Assembly: GCF_035084215.1 (NCBI RefSeq)
Contig: NC_090370.1
Coordinates: 26,474,001-26,538,000, forward strand
Direction: 5' to 3'
DNA length: 64,000 bases
DNA from: Heptranchias perlo
Taxonomy: Eukaryota
A program made the position numbers and the translations under genes. The notes under the pieces are model-generated. The model was given only the letters and a program-made list of their open reading frames with translations, ran no database searches and had not been told where the DNA came from. This document shows, piece by piece, positions 37,505 through 52,869 of this stretch (its first letter is position 1; each line of letters starts with the position of its first letter).

Positions 37505-40210
37505 GAGGTCAGTCTCAGGTACTGGATGTGAGAGTGGGGTTTATTGTGTATCTGTCTGTCTCTGGTACTGTGCGTGAGTTTGGGATTCTTTCTGTATCTG
37601 TCAGTCTCTGGTGCTGAGTGTGAGCATGGGGTATATTCTGCATCTGTCACTCTCAGGTACTATATATAAGTGATGGATTCGTTCTGTATCTGTCAGTCTC
37701 AAGTGCTTTATGTGAGTTTGGGAATAATTCTGTATCTGTCAGTCTCTGGTACTGTCTGTGTGTGGGGGGGATACATTCTGTATCTGCCATTCTCTGCTAC
37801 TTTATCTCAGTGAGGGATTCATTCTGTAATTCAGTCTCTGAGACAATGTGCAAGTCTGGATTCATTTTGGGTTCTTATTTCAGTTTACAGTATCGTATTT
37901 GAAACTGTATCTTTACCACTTCAAAGTAGATACAGTTCTTCATCGAGTATTTAATTTGTTAATATAGATACACTTTTCGATTTTCTTTAATCAAGCACCA
38001 TGTGTGAGTTTTGGCTCAGTGTGACATCTTAATCTCTGAACTCTATTGTGAATGATAATGTACCTTTCAATCTGTTCACGTTGAAATTACTGGACTGGTA
38101 TATAATGTGTCGTTCAAACTGCAATAATGGGATTAATTCTGCATCTGAGTCAAACACTGTATGAGATATTTGGACTGGTGAGTAACATATAGCTCAGTCT
38201 GTGCTAATGGAATCGATATTGTATCTTTGAGTCTGATATTGTATGAGATTGTTGGACTGCTCTATAATGTGTGGCTCAGTCTGCACGAATAGAATCGATA
38301 CGGTATCTTTCAGTCTAAAAGTGTATGAGATTGTTGGACTGTTATATAATGTTAAGCTAATAGAATTTAAACGATATCTTCCAGTCTGATCATCTATTTG
38401 ATTTTTGGACTCGTATGCAATGTGTAGCTCAGTCTGTACCAATGGTATTGATAATGTTTATTTCAGTATAACACGAGTATTTACCAATATATCGAATATG
38501 TAGCTCAGTCTGCACCAATGGAATTGATACTGTATCTTTCAATCTGACCCTATGAGATTTTTGGACTGGTATGTAATGTGTAGCTCAGTCCGCAGTAATG
38601 CGAGTGTGAGATTCATTCTGTATCTGTCAGACTCTGGTACTTTGCGTGAGTGTGAGATTCATTCTACAACTGTCAGACTCTGGAACTGTGTGTGAGTGTG
38701 GGATTCATTCTGTATCTGTCAGTCTCTGATGCTGTGTGTGAGTGTGGGATTCATTCTGTATCTGTCTGTCTCTGGTGCTGTGTGAGTGTGAGATTCATTC
38801 TACAACTGTCAGACTCTGGTACTGTGCATGAGTGAGATTCATTCTGTTCCTGGTACGGTATGTGAGTGTAGGATTCATTCTATATCTGTCAGTCTCTGGT
38901 ACTGGCTGTGAGCATGGGGTATATTCTGCATCTCTCAGTCTCAGGGGTACTATATATCAGTGATGGATTCATTCTGTATCTGTCAGTCTCTGATACTGTG
39001 TGTGAGTGTGGGATTCATTCTGTGTCTGTCAGTCTCTGGTACTTTATCTCAGTGTGGGATTCATTCTTTAATTCAGTATCTTCCAGTCTGAACATTTGAG
39101 GTTTTTGAACGAGTATGTAATGTGTAGCTCAGTCTGTATCAATGGTATTGATACTGTTTATTTCAGTATAATACTCTGAGTATTTACCAATATATCTAAT
39201 ATGTAGCTCAGTCTGCACTAGTGGATTTGATACTGTATCTTTCAATCTGACACAATGAGATTTTTGCTCTGGTACGTAATTTGTAACTCAGCCTGCACTA
39301 ATGTAGGTGACTATGAGATTCACTTTGTATCTCTCAGTCTCTTGGTACTGCGTGTGAGTGTGGGATTCATGCTGCATCTGTCACTCCCTGGTACTCTATT
39401 TGACTGTGGGATTCATTCAGTATATACATTCTCTGGTACTGTGTGTGGGTGTTGAATTACATCCATATATGCAGTTTCTCATAATGTATGTTAGTATGGG
39501 ATTCATTCAGTATCTGTCATTCTCAGGTACTGTGTGTGAGTGTGGGATTCATTCAGTATCTGTCAGTCTCTGGTGCTGTGTGTGAGCGTGGGATTCATTC
39601 TGTATCTGTCTGTCTCTGGTGCTGTGTGTGAGCGTGGGATTCATTCTGTATCTGTCAGTCTCTGGTACTGTTTGTGAGTGTGGGATTCATTCTGTATCTG
39701 TCTGTCTCTGGTGATGTGAGTGAGTGTGGGATTCATTCAGTATCTGTCAGTCTCTGGTACTGTTTGTGAGTGTGGGATTCATTCTGTATTTGTCTGTCTC
39801 TGGTGCTGTGTGTGAGTGTGGGATTCATTCTGTATTTGTCTGTCTCTGGTGCTGTGTGTGAGTGTGGGATTCATTCTGTATTTGTCTGTCTCTGGTGCTG
39901 TGTGTGAGTGTGGGATTCATTCTGTATCTGTCAGTCTCTGGTACAGTGTGTGAGTGTGGGATTCATACTTTACCTCTCAGTCCCTAGTGCTTTATGAGAT
40001 TGTGGGATGAACTCAGTACCTGTCAGTCCTTGGTGCTGTATGCCTGTGTGGGATTCATTCTGTATCTATCATGTCTGGTACCATATTTGAGTGTGGTACT
40101 TACTCTGTGTCTGTCTGTCTCTCGTACTGTATGTGAGTGTGGGATTCATTCTGTGTCTGTGTGTCTCTGTACTGTATCTGTGTGAGAGATTCATTCTGTA
40201 TCTGTACATA
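37505..40210. repeat. Alternating inverted 46 bp and 81 bp arrays
   Basis: TGTGAGTGTGGGATTCATTCTGTATCTGTC units at 37505-37845, 38600-39075, 39310-40210. Confidence 0.88.
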
Positions 40211-40771
40211 GTTATTCTCTCAGATTACATTATCATGTTCAATATTGTAGGATTAGTACCTTAATGCTTAAATAGTTTTTCTCATTATTTAATTGGTAAA
40301 TATGGACACACTTTAGAATTTGATGCTGGAGCTTTTAATCTGATAATTTGTGTGCTTTTTGAACTACTATTAAACCTGTATCTCTGTGAGTAATATTGTG
40401 AATGATAATGTATCTTTCAAAATGATATGGTGACATTTTGGAATTGGTCTATAATGTGTAGATCTGTCTGCACGAAAGGAATTGATACTGCATCTCTAAA
40501 TTTTATTTGAGAATATTTTTGGACTCATGTGCAATGTGTATCTCAGTCTGTGCTAATAGAATTGATACTGTATCTTTAAATCTCATACTATGAGTATATT
40601 ATAAACTGGTATCTAATTTGTTTCTCAGGTTACACTGTCACAGCATTTCTCAATCTGATACTGTACATGAGTTTTGACTTGCAATTTGTATCTCTTGATA
40701 CGCTATTCAAATGGATACTGCATTAATTAAACTCACGTGTTTGTGAGAGTTCTGGGCTGGTATTCAATTTG

Positions 40772-42489
40772 GTCGGTTGTTATATAAAGTTAAATTTCAC
40801 GGGATCCAAGGTGAGGTAGCCAATTGGATAAAAAAATTGGCTTGGCGACAGAAGACAGAGGGTGGTTGTGGAGGGTTGTTTTTCAAACTGGAGGCCTGTG
40901 ACCAGCGGTGTGCCTCAGGGATCGGTGCTGCGTCCGCTGTTATTTGTTATGTATATTAATGATTTGGATGAGAATTTAGGAGGCATGGTTAGTAAGTTTG
41001 CAGATGACACCAAGATTGGTGGCATTGTGGACAGTGAAGAAGGTTATCTAGGATTGCAACGGGATCTTGATAAATTGGGCCAGTGGGCCGATGAAAGGCA
41101 GATCGAGTTTAATTTAGATAAATGTGAGGTGATGCATTTTGGTAGATCGAATCGGGCCAGGACCTACTCCGTTAATGGTAGGGCGTTGGGGAGAGTTATA
41201 GAACAAAGAGATCTAGGAGTACAGGTTCATAGCTCCTTGAAAGTGGAGTCACAGGTGGATGGGGTGGTGAAGAAGGCATTCAGCATGCTTGGTTTCATTG
41301 GTCAGAACATTGAATACAGGAGTTGGGATGTCTTGTTGAAGTTGTACAAGACATTAGTAAGGCCACACTTGGAATACTGTGTACAGTTCTGGTCACCCTA
41401 TTATAGAAAGGATATTATTAAACTAGAAAGAGTGCAGAAAAGATTTACTGGGATGCTACCGGGACTTGATGGTTTGACTTATCGGGAGAGGTTGGATAGA
41501 CTGAGACTTTTTTCCCTGGAGAGTAGGAGTTCTAGGGGTGATCTTATAGAAGTCCATAAAATAATGAGGGGCATAGATAAGGTAGATCGTCAAAATCTTT
41601 TCCCAAAGGTAGGGGAGTCTATAACGAGGGGACATAGATTTAAGGTGAGAGGGGAGAGATACAAAAGGGTCCAGAGGGGCAATTTTTTCACTCAAAGGGT
41701 GGTGATTGTCTGGAACGAGCTGCCAGAGGCAGTAGTAGAGGCGGGTACAATTTTGTCTTTTAAAAAGCATTTGGACAGTTACATGGGTAAGATGGGTATA
41801 AGAACATAAGAACATAAGAACATAAGAAATTGGAGCAGGAGTAGGCCAATCGGCCCCTCGAGCCTGCTCCGCCATTCAATAAGATCATGGCTGATCTGAT
41901 CCCAACCACAAATCTAAAGAACACAAGAAGTCGGAGCAGGACCCGGCCACATAGCCCCTGGGCCCTCTCCGCCACCCACAGGGCATTGACCGATCCGAAC
42001 TCAGCTTCATGTCCAATTTCCTGCCCGCTCCCCATAACCCCTAATTCCCTTTACTTCTAGGAAACTGTCTATTTCTGTTTTAAATTTATCTAATGATGTA
42101 GCTTCCACAGCTTCCTGGGGCAGCAAATTCCACAGACCTACCACCCTCTGAGTGAAGAAGTTTCTCCTCATCTCAGTTTTGAAAGAGCAGCCCCTTATTC
42201 TAAGATTATGCCCCCTAGTTCTAGTTTCACCCATCTTTGGGAACATCCTTACTGCATCTACCCGATCAAGACCCTTCACAATCTTATATGTTTCAATAAG
42301 ATCGCCTCTCATTCTTCTGAACTCCAATGAGTAGAGTCCCAATCTACTCAACCTCTCCTCATATGTCCGCCCCCTCATCCCCGGGATATGGGCCAAGTGC
42401 AGGCAATTGGGTCTTGCTTAGTGGTATAAACTGGGCGACATGGACATGTTGGGCCGAAGGGCCTGTTTCCATGTTGTAACTTCTATGAT
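40772..42489 (+). mobile_element. Young 5'-truncated CR1 LINE with open RT C-terminal ORF (40862..41809)
   Basis: SGVPQGSVL..YINDLD..KFADDTKIGG..RPHLEYCVQFWSP; empty site caatttg|aatctc near 60920-60940 (minus). Confidence 0.93.
41798..42385 (-). mobile_element. Young CR1 3' end nested antisense in the previous CR1
   Basis: (AAGAACAT)n tail; YEERLSRLGLYSLEFRRMRGDLIETYKI. Confidence 0.92.
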
Positions 42490-42959
42490 AATCTCGGGGT
42501 ATCTGGTATTTAATTCATGGCTAATGTTGCCCTTTATGAAATTGACATCCTGAAAGCGTGACTTTGGACTGGGATTTTTGTATCTTCCTGTCAGCGGGAC
42601 TGAGTTCGGGGGAAATGGAAACAGCGTCTGCCTCACCTGCTCTGTTTGACTGTTGGATTGAAAATGTGTCTCTGGAACCTGGGATCAGTGTGGGACTGAC
42701 CGCTTCTGCTGTCTGAGACTGTGGACCTGATTACTGTCTGTGTCTCTGTGCTCTGTGAGTGATAATATACCTACTGTGTGTGAGAAGGAGCTGGCTGCAC
42801 TGTTCCTTTGCCTCGGGTGGAGGAAACTTCACATTCATTCTGGATCCTTCAAATATTTGCCTGTAGAAAGAAACGTATCTCTTGTAACTCAAGAACAAGT
42901 GAGGTAGAAAATGCAAAAGTGATCAGTTTAATATCTCTGTTAATAATTATTTTTAATGT

Positions 42960-43960
42960 TCACAAATGATTTCCAGTGATACAAAGAGTGTCAGTGTCTA
43001 ACTCCACTGCAGTACTGCAGCTCTCAGCTTCTGTACACCAGGTGTGTTGGGCGGTTTTAAAATAATTTAGTAACATCCAGACACAACCCAACCCCTGCAC
43101 TGATCCATGAATGGGACTACCCGATGGGGCAGGGACCTTTGTGCAGGTCAGGTTTCTAATCCCCTCTCCCATTGGACTAACCGTTCAACTGAAAGCAAAC
43201 AGCCGCTGTTCAAAATGTGTCCTTCACACTTCTCACCTGTTGCCTGCAATTGATGCTCTTTGTCTCACTCCCCACATCTGTTTCCACTGTTCACTGTCCA
43301 ATAACAATAAACACAGTGGGACTGGAACTAAACCAGCACCATTCACTCCTGGTTTGGGGAGAGAAAGCAGCAATGGTTTTAATAGCAGGTTCTTCCCATT
43401 CTCTCTCCCTCACCCTGGACACACCCTGGACACACACAGCCCGAGAATGCCCTCTCCCTTCCCCCTCTCACTCCATGTTCCGGGACCAGTTCCTGATCCA
43501 CTCCGCCTCTTACAAACAGCCCCCGGACTCCCCCTGACCTTCCCCCGGACTCAATGCCGATCTCTGAGCCCATCTGCGGACACGGTCCCGAAGCGATGAG
43601 CTGCTGTAACGAGGCTGCTCTTTGCTCCCTTCCCCCGGGGGCCGTGATCTCTCCATTCCCGGCTGTTTTTAACCATCTTCTTCCGCTCACTGATTGAATG
43701 GCGCCCACAGGCCGAGCTGGGGGAGGGGAGCGCGCATGCGCTCTTCTGCTCACCAGCAAGCAGCGCTGGGGGCGGGGCTGAATCGCGCATGCGCAGATAT
43801 CTGGTTTAATTCCCAACACAAAAATCGATGGAAACTTTCCCCAGTTGGAATTTTTCAGAGTCTGAGCAAAGGAAGTGGGGGAAAGGTCAGAGGGAATGGG
43901 GTCCACAGGCAGTGCAGGAACAGGCACCAGAATGGGAAACAGATGGGATTCCACCAGTGC
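42960..43960 (-). promoter_or_regulatory. CpG-rich promoter-like element, copy 3 (inverted)
   Basis: Both GCGCATGCGC sites intact (~43730-43795). Confidence 0.55.
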
Positions 43961-45141
43961 CGAACGCTGGAATCCAGACTGACTTTACAATCTCCAACTG
44001 TTAAACTGGATGTTTCCATCCCTGCTGTTTCTCTCGGTATCTTTTGATGGTAAAGGGGCTTTCACAGATAAAGTGGGACGTTTTGAAATGAGCCAATGGG
44101 TTCTGTTCATTCTTGGCCCCTTTACTAATTAAGTAACGTGTGACTCCGAAACTGAAGGCAGGATTTCTCAAACCAATCCTGGAGAAACATGGGAGAAAAA
44201 TGGGAGTCGGTGTATTTGCTGGGACCGTGTGGGATTAACATCAGACTGCAACAGTCCCAGATTAATGTAATCAGAGTGAAACTCACGGACACTGAGAGTA
44301 ATAGCGAACGGAACTGGTCTGCAAAACCGAATATAGTACAACAGGCAAGAGAGGGTTAAATTCGGCCCACATTGTTTTTGTCACTCTCTGCACTGTCCCT
44401 GAGTGTGGGATTAATAGTGTGTCCGTCTCTGGTATATCAGTGAGAGATAAGAATGCATCTTCTGTCTCTCCAACGGGATTTTCTGGATAAAACGCAAGCT
44501 CACAGGTCAGTCTGGAACTGATACTGTGGCACTGTGCCTCTCCGCTCGCTCTGTCACCGTATTTGTCTTCCTTTCTCTCTCACTCTCTGATGCTCGATAT
44601 GAAGGTTGGATACAGATATTGAGCGTGATATGAACACACTGATAGGAAGTGTAAGACTGACAGGCTCTGTCTCTCTCTCCAGTGCTGGACATGATCCCCA
44701 TATGGAACCAACGCGGGTTGGTGGACTCGAAACACGGTTTACGAGTCAACAAGGCGAAAGGCGAGTAATATTTCTGATCTCCTGGGCACCAGGCCGTTCA
44801 CTGTTATTTGTTTCTGTACAGAGTTACATTTCAGTGATTCCCCAGTGAGTTTGATGCGTTATGTAAATAATCCAACAAAATAGAACAGAAACGGAGTGAA
44901 GCGCTGAATCCCACAGATGTAGAAAGGTTAGTCGAGCAGTTCTGGTGATGCTTTACGAGACCAGCATGGGGTCCAGAAGTTACCGTTTAAAGTACCGGAC
45001 TGTGGTCGGTGCCCCGAATCCAGTCCCATTAATACCTCATCTCGTCCACACCGAGACAAAAGCAGCTCAAAGCAGCACTGGTAGCATGATATCAGCGTCT
45101 CCCTTCAGACAGTAACCAGCCCTTTCACAGATACAGTGGGT

Positions 45142-45157
45142 GGCTCTGAAAAGAGCC
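45142..45157 (-). terminator. Displaced histone stem-loop of H2A pseudogene
   Basis: GGCTCTTTTCAGAGCC ACCCA on minus, ~1.05 kb from the stop codon. Confidence 0.9.
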
Positions 45158-45159
45158 TT

Positions 45160-46180
45160 TACATCGAGTTACATCGAAATTACGTCACAGAAACAGGCCA
45201 TTCGGCCCAATTGGTCTATGCCGGCGTTTATCCTGCTCACGCGCCTCCTCCTTCCTTACTTCATCTAACCCTATCGGCATATCCTTCCATTCCTTTCGCC
45301 CTCATGTGCTGATCTATCTTCCCCTTAAATGCATCTATGCTATTGGCCTCAGCTATCCTAAGAAACCCTATCATTAATGAAAATCAGCCTTGTCTTTTCT
45401 AATGAAACGAGACCCAGTCTGCTCAGCCTTTCCTGATAAGAATATCCTCTCATTTCTGGTATCATCCTTGTGAATCTTTTTTTGCATCTTCTCCAATGCC
45501 CCTATGTCTGTAATATGGTGACCAGAAATGTTCGCATTGTTCCAAATGTGGTCTCACCAAGATCCCATACTAGTTTAACATAACTTCTTAGCTTTTCAAT
45601 TCTATCCCTCCAGAAATTAATCCCAGTGTTTGATTTGCCTTTTTATCACCAGCGTCGCTACTTTCAGTAATTTGTTCATCTGCACCACGAGATCCCTTTG
45701 CTCCTCTATCCCGTTTAGACTCTTATTATCCAAACAGTATGTGATCTCCTTATTCTTCATTCTGCAAGTTTATTAATGTCCTCTTGAATTTTGACACATT
45801 CTTCCTTTGTATTAAATACACCCCCCAATTTGATGTCATCAGCAAATTTTGAAATTGTACATCCGATTCCGGAATCCAAATCATGATTGTAAATTGTGAA
45901 AAACAGTGTTCCCAGCACCGATCCCTGTGGAACTCCACTTCCCAACTTTTGCCAATCTGAGTACCGACCCTGGACCTCTATTCTCGGTTTTCTGTTTTGT
46001 CGCCAGCTTCCGATCCATTCCACCACCTGTCCACTGACTCCACGTGCTCTGAACTCAGCCATGCGTCAACAATGTGGTACATTATCGAAGGCCTTCGGAA
46101 AATCCAAATCTATCACATCTACTACATGAACCTTGTCTTTCTGTTCCTTCCTCAAATGATTTAATAAGTTTGTTCGTGTC
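45160..46180 (-). mobile_element. CR1 fragment inside the H2A 3' UTR
   Basis: GVPQGSVLG..KFADDIKLGG in ORF 45757..46062. Confidence 0.88.
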
Positions 46181-46213
46181 CTTGCCCTGTTATTAGATTA
46201 AATCTTGGCCGCT

Positions 46214-46599
46214 TCACTTGTTCTTGATGCTCCCAGCGCTTTTCTTCGGGAGCAGCACGGCCTGGATATTAGGCAGCACCCCGCCCTGAGCGATGGTCAC
46301 CCCTCCCAGCAGTTTGTTGAGCTCCTCGTCGTTGCGGACGGCTAGTTGCAGGTGTCTGGGAATGATGCGGGTCTTCTTGTTGTCGCGGGCCGCATTACCG
46401 ACCAGTTCGAGGATTTCAGCCGTCAGATACTTGAGCACAGCAGCCAGATAGACCGGAGCTCCGGAACCCGCACATTCAGCAGAGTTCCCCTTTCTCAGGA
46501 CCTGTGAACACGGCCCACAGGTAACTGCAGTCCGGTCCGGGATGAGCGAGACTTGGCCTTGGCCCGAGTTTTACCACCGGATTTTCCTCTTCCAGACAT
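46214..46599 (-). pseudogene. H2A: Histone H2A pseudogene (full length, frameshifted)
   Basis: [16 protein letters not shown] then frameshift; ..[15 protein letters not shown]. Confidence 0.93.
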
Positions 46600-47177
46600 T
46601 TCCACAATCTCACAAACACTGTCACAAAGAATGAAGAAATCCTCCAGAGCTCGCCCTTCTATCTTCTGGAGGATTGCAGTGAGGGCCACTTTTGATGGGT
46701 CTCTCTCAAAGTGTTTACACTGCCCCCCCACCCTCACTGATATTCTATCTTTCAACTGCTGTAATATTGTCCTTTAGCAATATTGCTACTCCTCCTCCTT
46801 TCCCTGCTTCTCTGTCCTTTCTAAAGATCTTATAGACTTGAATATTAAGCTGACATTTGTGCCCAGTTGGTAGTCAGGTCTCAGTAATGATTTCATGAAT
46901 TATTTAACTTTACTCGATGGCTGATATGTGTTGCGGCAAAGTGTATTTCCACTGGTCAAGTATTGCAGGGATCGACGATCTCTTCAGTCCGATATCAGGT
47001 GAAGAATTACTGGCTGTTGTGTAATTTCCATTGATTGGGGCTTGGCGTCATCGACTGGACGGAAACGGGAACTGCAGCAGAGCGAGAAAGGATCCGTCAG
47101 AAACCAGTTTAAAGTGAGAACAAAATGTGTGTTCAGGATCTAATGGGTAAAAACTATTTTATTGATGATTATTTCCA

Positions 47178-47249
47178 GCGATGGTGGTATAGTGGTGAGT
47201 ATAGCTGCCTTCTAAGCAGTTGACCCGGGTTTGATCCCCGGCCATCGCA
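47178..47249 (+). tRNA. tRNA-Gly-derived gene or pseudogene with TCT anticodon and B-box mutation
   Basis: GCGATGGTGGTATAGTGGTGAGTATAGCTGCCT-TCT-AAGCAGTTGACCCGGGTTTGATCCCCGGCCATCGCA, 72 nt cloverleaf. Confidence 0.8.
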
Positions 47250-47329
47250 ATTCAATGTTTACATTCATCTGCTTTCTTCAGAAACTCTAAGTTTGCAGCC
47301 GAATTTGTTGCAGTTCAGCTCTGTCAGCC

Positions 47330-47995
47330 CGAAGATTGGGAAAACTTTAAAAACCAGCATAGAATGACTCAAAGAATAATAAAGAGAGACACAATAAATT
47401 ATGAGAGTAAACTAGCAAGAAATATAAAAACTGACAGTAAAAGCTTCCACAAGTATATAAAAAGGAAGAGGGCAGCTAAAGGAAACATTGGTCAAACAGC
47501 GGCCAAAGGCGGAGGAGCAGAGGGAAGGGCTGTGGAGCAGGAGGAGATTACAGAGATAGGGATGGTAAGGACGACGATAAGCCATGATCTTATTGAATAC
47601 GGGAGCAGCTCGAGGGGCTTCATGGCCTCTTCCTGCTCCTATTACTTGTGTTCTTATACAAGAAAGAAAAATTAAACTGCAGGCTGAGGAGACAGGAAGC
47701 CATTGCAGGTCAATGAGGACTTGGGTGATTGGTGAGGGACTTAGTGCGGGATCGGATACGGACAGCAGAGTTTTGGATGAGCTGAAGTTTGTGGAGAGGC
47801 CGGAGAGGAGAACAAAGGCCAGAGACGTTTCAAACCCATGGCTGAGGGTTTTAGTTGCAGATGGGCTCGGCAGGTGGGACGTTACGGATGTAGAAGTAGG
47901 CGGTCTTTGGTATGGAGCGGGTATGGGGTCAGAAGCTTCGCAGTTATCATCAGTCAGGATCAGCCTCAGACGAAAGCCAGGCATGGGGTTGGAAT
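47330..47995. mobile_element. CR1 fragment (plus) and L2 remnant (minus)
   Basis: YESKLARNIKTDSKSFHKYIK (CR1); SPITQVLIDLQWLPV (L2-type). Confidence 0.7.
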
Positions 47996-48164
47996 CAGTG
48001 GCAATGATGTGGAAGTTGTGGGACCAAAGACTCTCCAATTGTAACCAGAGGAAATTGTGGCTCATCTGAAACACGATGTCGGTCTGATAAAACAAAGACC
48101 TGGAAGGATCAAGAGAGGCGGTGGTTTTGTCAGCGTACATCTGAAAGCTGGTCCGTGTCTGCGA

Positions 48165-49710
48165 TGATGTGCCCCATTGTCCAGTGTGCATTACTCCTAA
48201 GTGCTTCACATTGTTCAGATGTGACCCAGTATCCAGTGTGCATTATTAAATGTTACACGATGTGATGCAGTGTCCGGTGTGCATTAAGATTCGATGTTTC
48301 ACATTGACCATAGTTGGCCCAGTGTTTAATGTGCATTATTACTAAATGCTTCATATTGACATTGCAGTGTCCAATGTGTACATAAGAACATAAGAACATA
48401 AGAAATTGGAGCAGGAGTAGGCCAATCGGCCCCTCGAGCCTGCTCCGCCATTCAATAAGATCATGGCTGATCTGATCCCAACCACAAATCTAAAGAACAC
48501 AAGAAGTCGGAGCAGGACCCGGCCACATATCCCCTGGGCCCTCTCCGCCACCCACAGGGCATTGACCGATCCGAACTCAGCTTCATGTCCAATTTCCTGC
48601 CCGCTCCCCATAACCCCTAATTCCCTTTACTTCTAGGAAACTGTCTATTTCTGTTTTAAATTTATCGAATGATGTAGCTTCCACAGCTTCCTGGGGCAGC
48701 AAATTCCACAGACCTACCACCCTCTGAGTGAAGAAGTTTCTCCTCATCTCAGTTTTGAAAGAGCAGCCCCTTATTCTAAGATTATGCCCCCTAGTTCTAG
48801 TGTATCATTATTAATAAATGTATCTCATTGACCAGATGTGGTCCAGGGTCCAGTGTGCATTATTATTAAATGTTACACGTTGACGAGATGTGGCAGTGTC
48901 CAAACTGCATTATTAATGAATGTTTCACATTGACCAGATGTGGGCTAGTGTACATTGTACATTGTTGTTAAATGATTGACAGTGACCAGATGTGACCGAG
49001 CGGCCAGTGTGCATTATTATTACATGTTTCTCATTGACCAGATGTGGTTGAGAGTCCCGTGTGCACTGTTATTAAATGTTTCAAATTGGCCAGATGTGAG
49101 CCAATTTCCAGTGTACATTAGAATTGCATGTTTCACATTGACCCGTTGTACCCCAGTGTCTAGTATGCATTATTATTAAGTGTATTACAATGGCTATATA
49201 TGCCCCAGTCTCCAGAGTGCATCAGATTGTCCAGATGTAGACAAGAGTCAAGTGCAGATTATTAATAAACGTTTCTCATTGACCAGATATGGCCCATTGT
49301 CCACTGTGCATTATTATTAAATGTTTCACATTGACAAGATGTGACCCAGTGTCCAGTGTACAATATTACTAAATGTTACAGGTCAACCAGATGTAACCCA
49401 GTGCCCAGTGTGCATTATTATTAAATGTTATAGGTTTTCCATATCAGACCCAGTGTCCAATGTGCATTATTATTAAATGTTTGCGTTGACCAGATATGCC
49501 CCAGTTACCAGCGTGCATTATTACTAAATGTTTCACTGAGGCCAGTTATGCGCAAGTCTCCAATGTGAATTATTAGTAAATGTTTCAGATGGACCAAATG
49601 TGGCCCAATGTCAATTGTTCATTATTATTAAATGTTTCTCATTGACCAGATGAGGTCCAGTGTGCATTAATATTGCATGTTACAGGTTGGCCGGATGTGA
49701 AACAGTGCCC
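48165..49710. repeat. Degenerate ~52 bp tandem array
   Basis: CCAGTGTCCAGTGTGCATTATTATTAAATGTTTCACATTGACCAGATGTGAC; period 52 at 49281/49333. Confidence 0.85.
48378..48800 (-). mobile_element. Young CR1 3' end inserted in the 52 bp array
   Basis: Nearly identical to 41798-42225. Confidence 0.9.
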
Positions 49711-49711
49711 A

Positions 49712-51650
<1,939 letters not shown>

Positions 51651-52218
51651 AGACGACGGACTCACACATGTTGGTTTTATTGTCGGATGTTGATGGGCTT
51701 GAGAACTGTGTTTTCGAACTTCTTTGTTTTCTTACAAAATTATGAATTTTGGGAATTAAGGTTTGGTGATTAAGCCGCCCCTGACTCCTTTCCCCGTGAT
51801 ACTGGGCCCAGACCAGCACCACTCACCGTGGCTTTGGTGGCGAGGAAGAGCGCGGCCTGGGTGATGCTGAGAAACACAAAACGGAACAGAATGACCATTC
51901 CACTGGAACAAGTCATCGCTCCACAGAATGAAATGACTGCCTGTCATCCGCCCAACGGGAATTACCGAATAAAAATGTGAATGTAAACTTCAGTCCAACA
52001 TTCAACCAATCAACGTCACGCAATCACGACTTCTGACCACAAAACTGCCCGTGACATTTTATCTCTTTATGAAATAAATATTTGCCACTTTCTTATTTAA
52101 TGTCCAGTTATGGTTCATTTGAATTTCTTGGGTTTGTATTGTGACCGTACCCATTTAATGGCAGTGAGCTGATATTGCCAATCCGGCTCGGCATTCTCTG
52201 GCGAGCAGTTACCTGCCC

Positions 52219-52575
52219 TATAAGAACATAAGAACAGAAGAAATAGGAGCAGAAGTAGGCCAATCGGCCCCTCGAGCCTGCTCCGCCATTCAATAAGATC
52301 ATGGCTGATCTGATCCGAACCTCAAATCTAAATTCATGTCCAATTTCCTGCCCGCTCCCCGGAACCCCTAATTCCCTTTACTTCAAGGAAACTGTCTATT
52401 TCTGTTTTAAATTTATTTAATGATGTAGCTTCCACAGCTTCCTGGGGCAGCAAATTCCACAGACCTACTATCCTCTGAGTGAAGAAGTTTCTCCTCATCT
52501 CAGTTTTGAAAGAGCAGCCCCTTATTCTAAGATTATGCCCCCTAGTTCTCGTATCACCCATCCTTACTCCTTACA
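52219..52575 (-). mobile_element. CR1 3' end insertion
   Basis: ATAAG flanks both ends; empty site gccctataagctcc at ~4060-4075. Confidence 0.88.
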
Positions 52576-52869
52576 CATAAGCTCCGCTGATAACCTGATA
52601 TCTGACGAATTTCCTTTCCATGTTCCATTACATTTATGCTTTTCTTTTTAGGGTTCAAACGAGGGGGCACAAAGTTAAACACAAAGCAATTTGGCAACAT
52701 GCAGGTCTCCGTATCAATGCAAGAGCACGCAGAAGGAATCCCAATGGACCAAACCCCTTCTCATTCACTGCCACTGGAAAAAAATCCAAACAGACCAAAC
52801 CCTTTCCTATTCCCTTCCATCACAGAGAATCACAAAGAGAAAAACCCCTTCTCATTCCAAGCCATTATC

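Noticed and set aside
47412-48209. 265 aa ORF
   Set aside because: Chance read-through across L2, CR1 and satellite fragments
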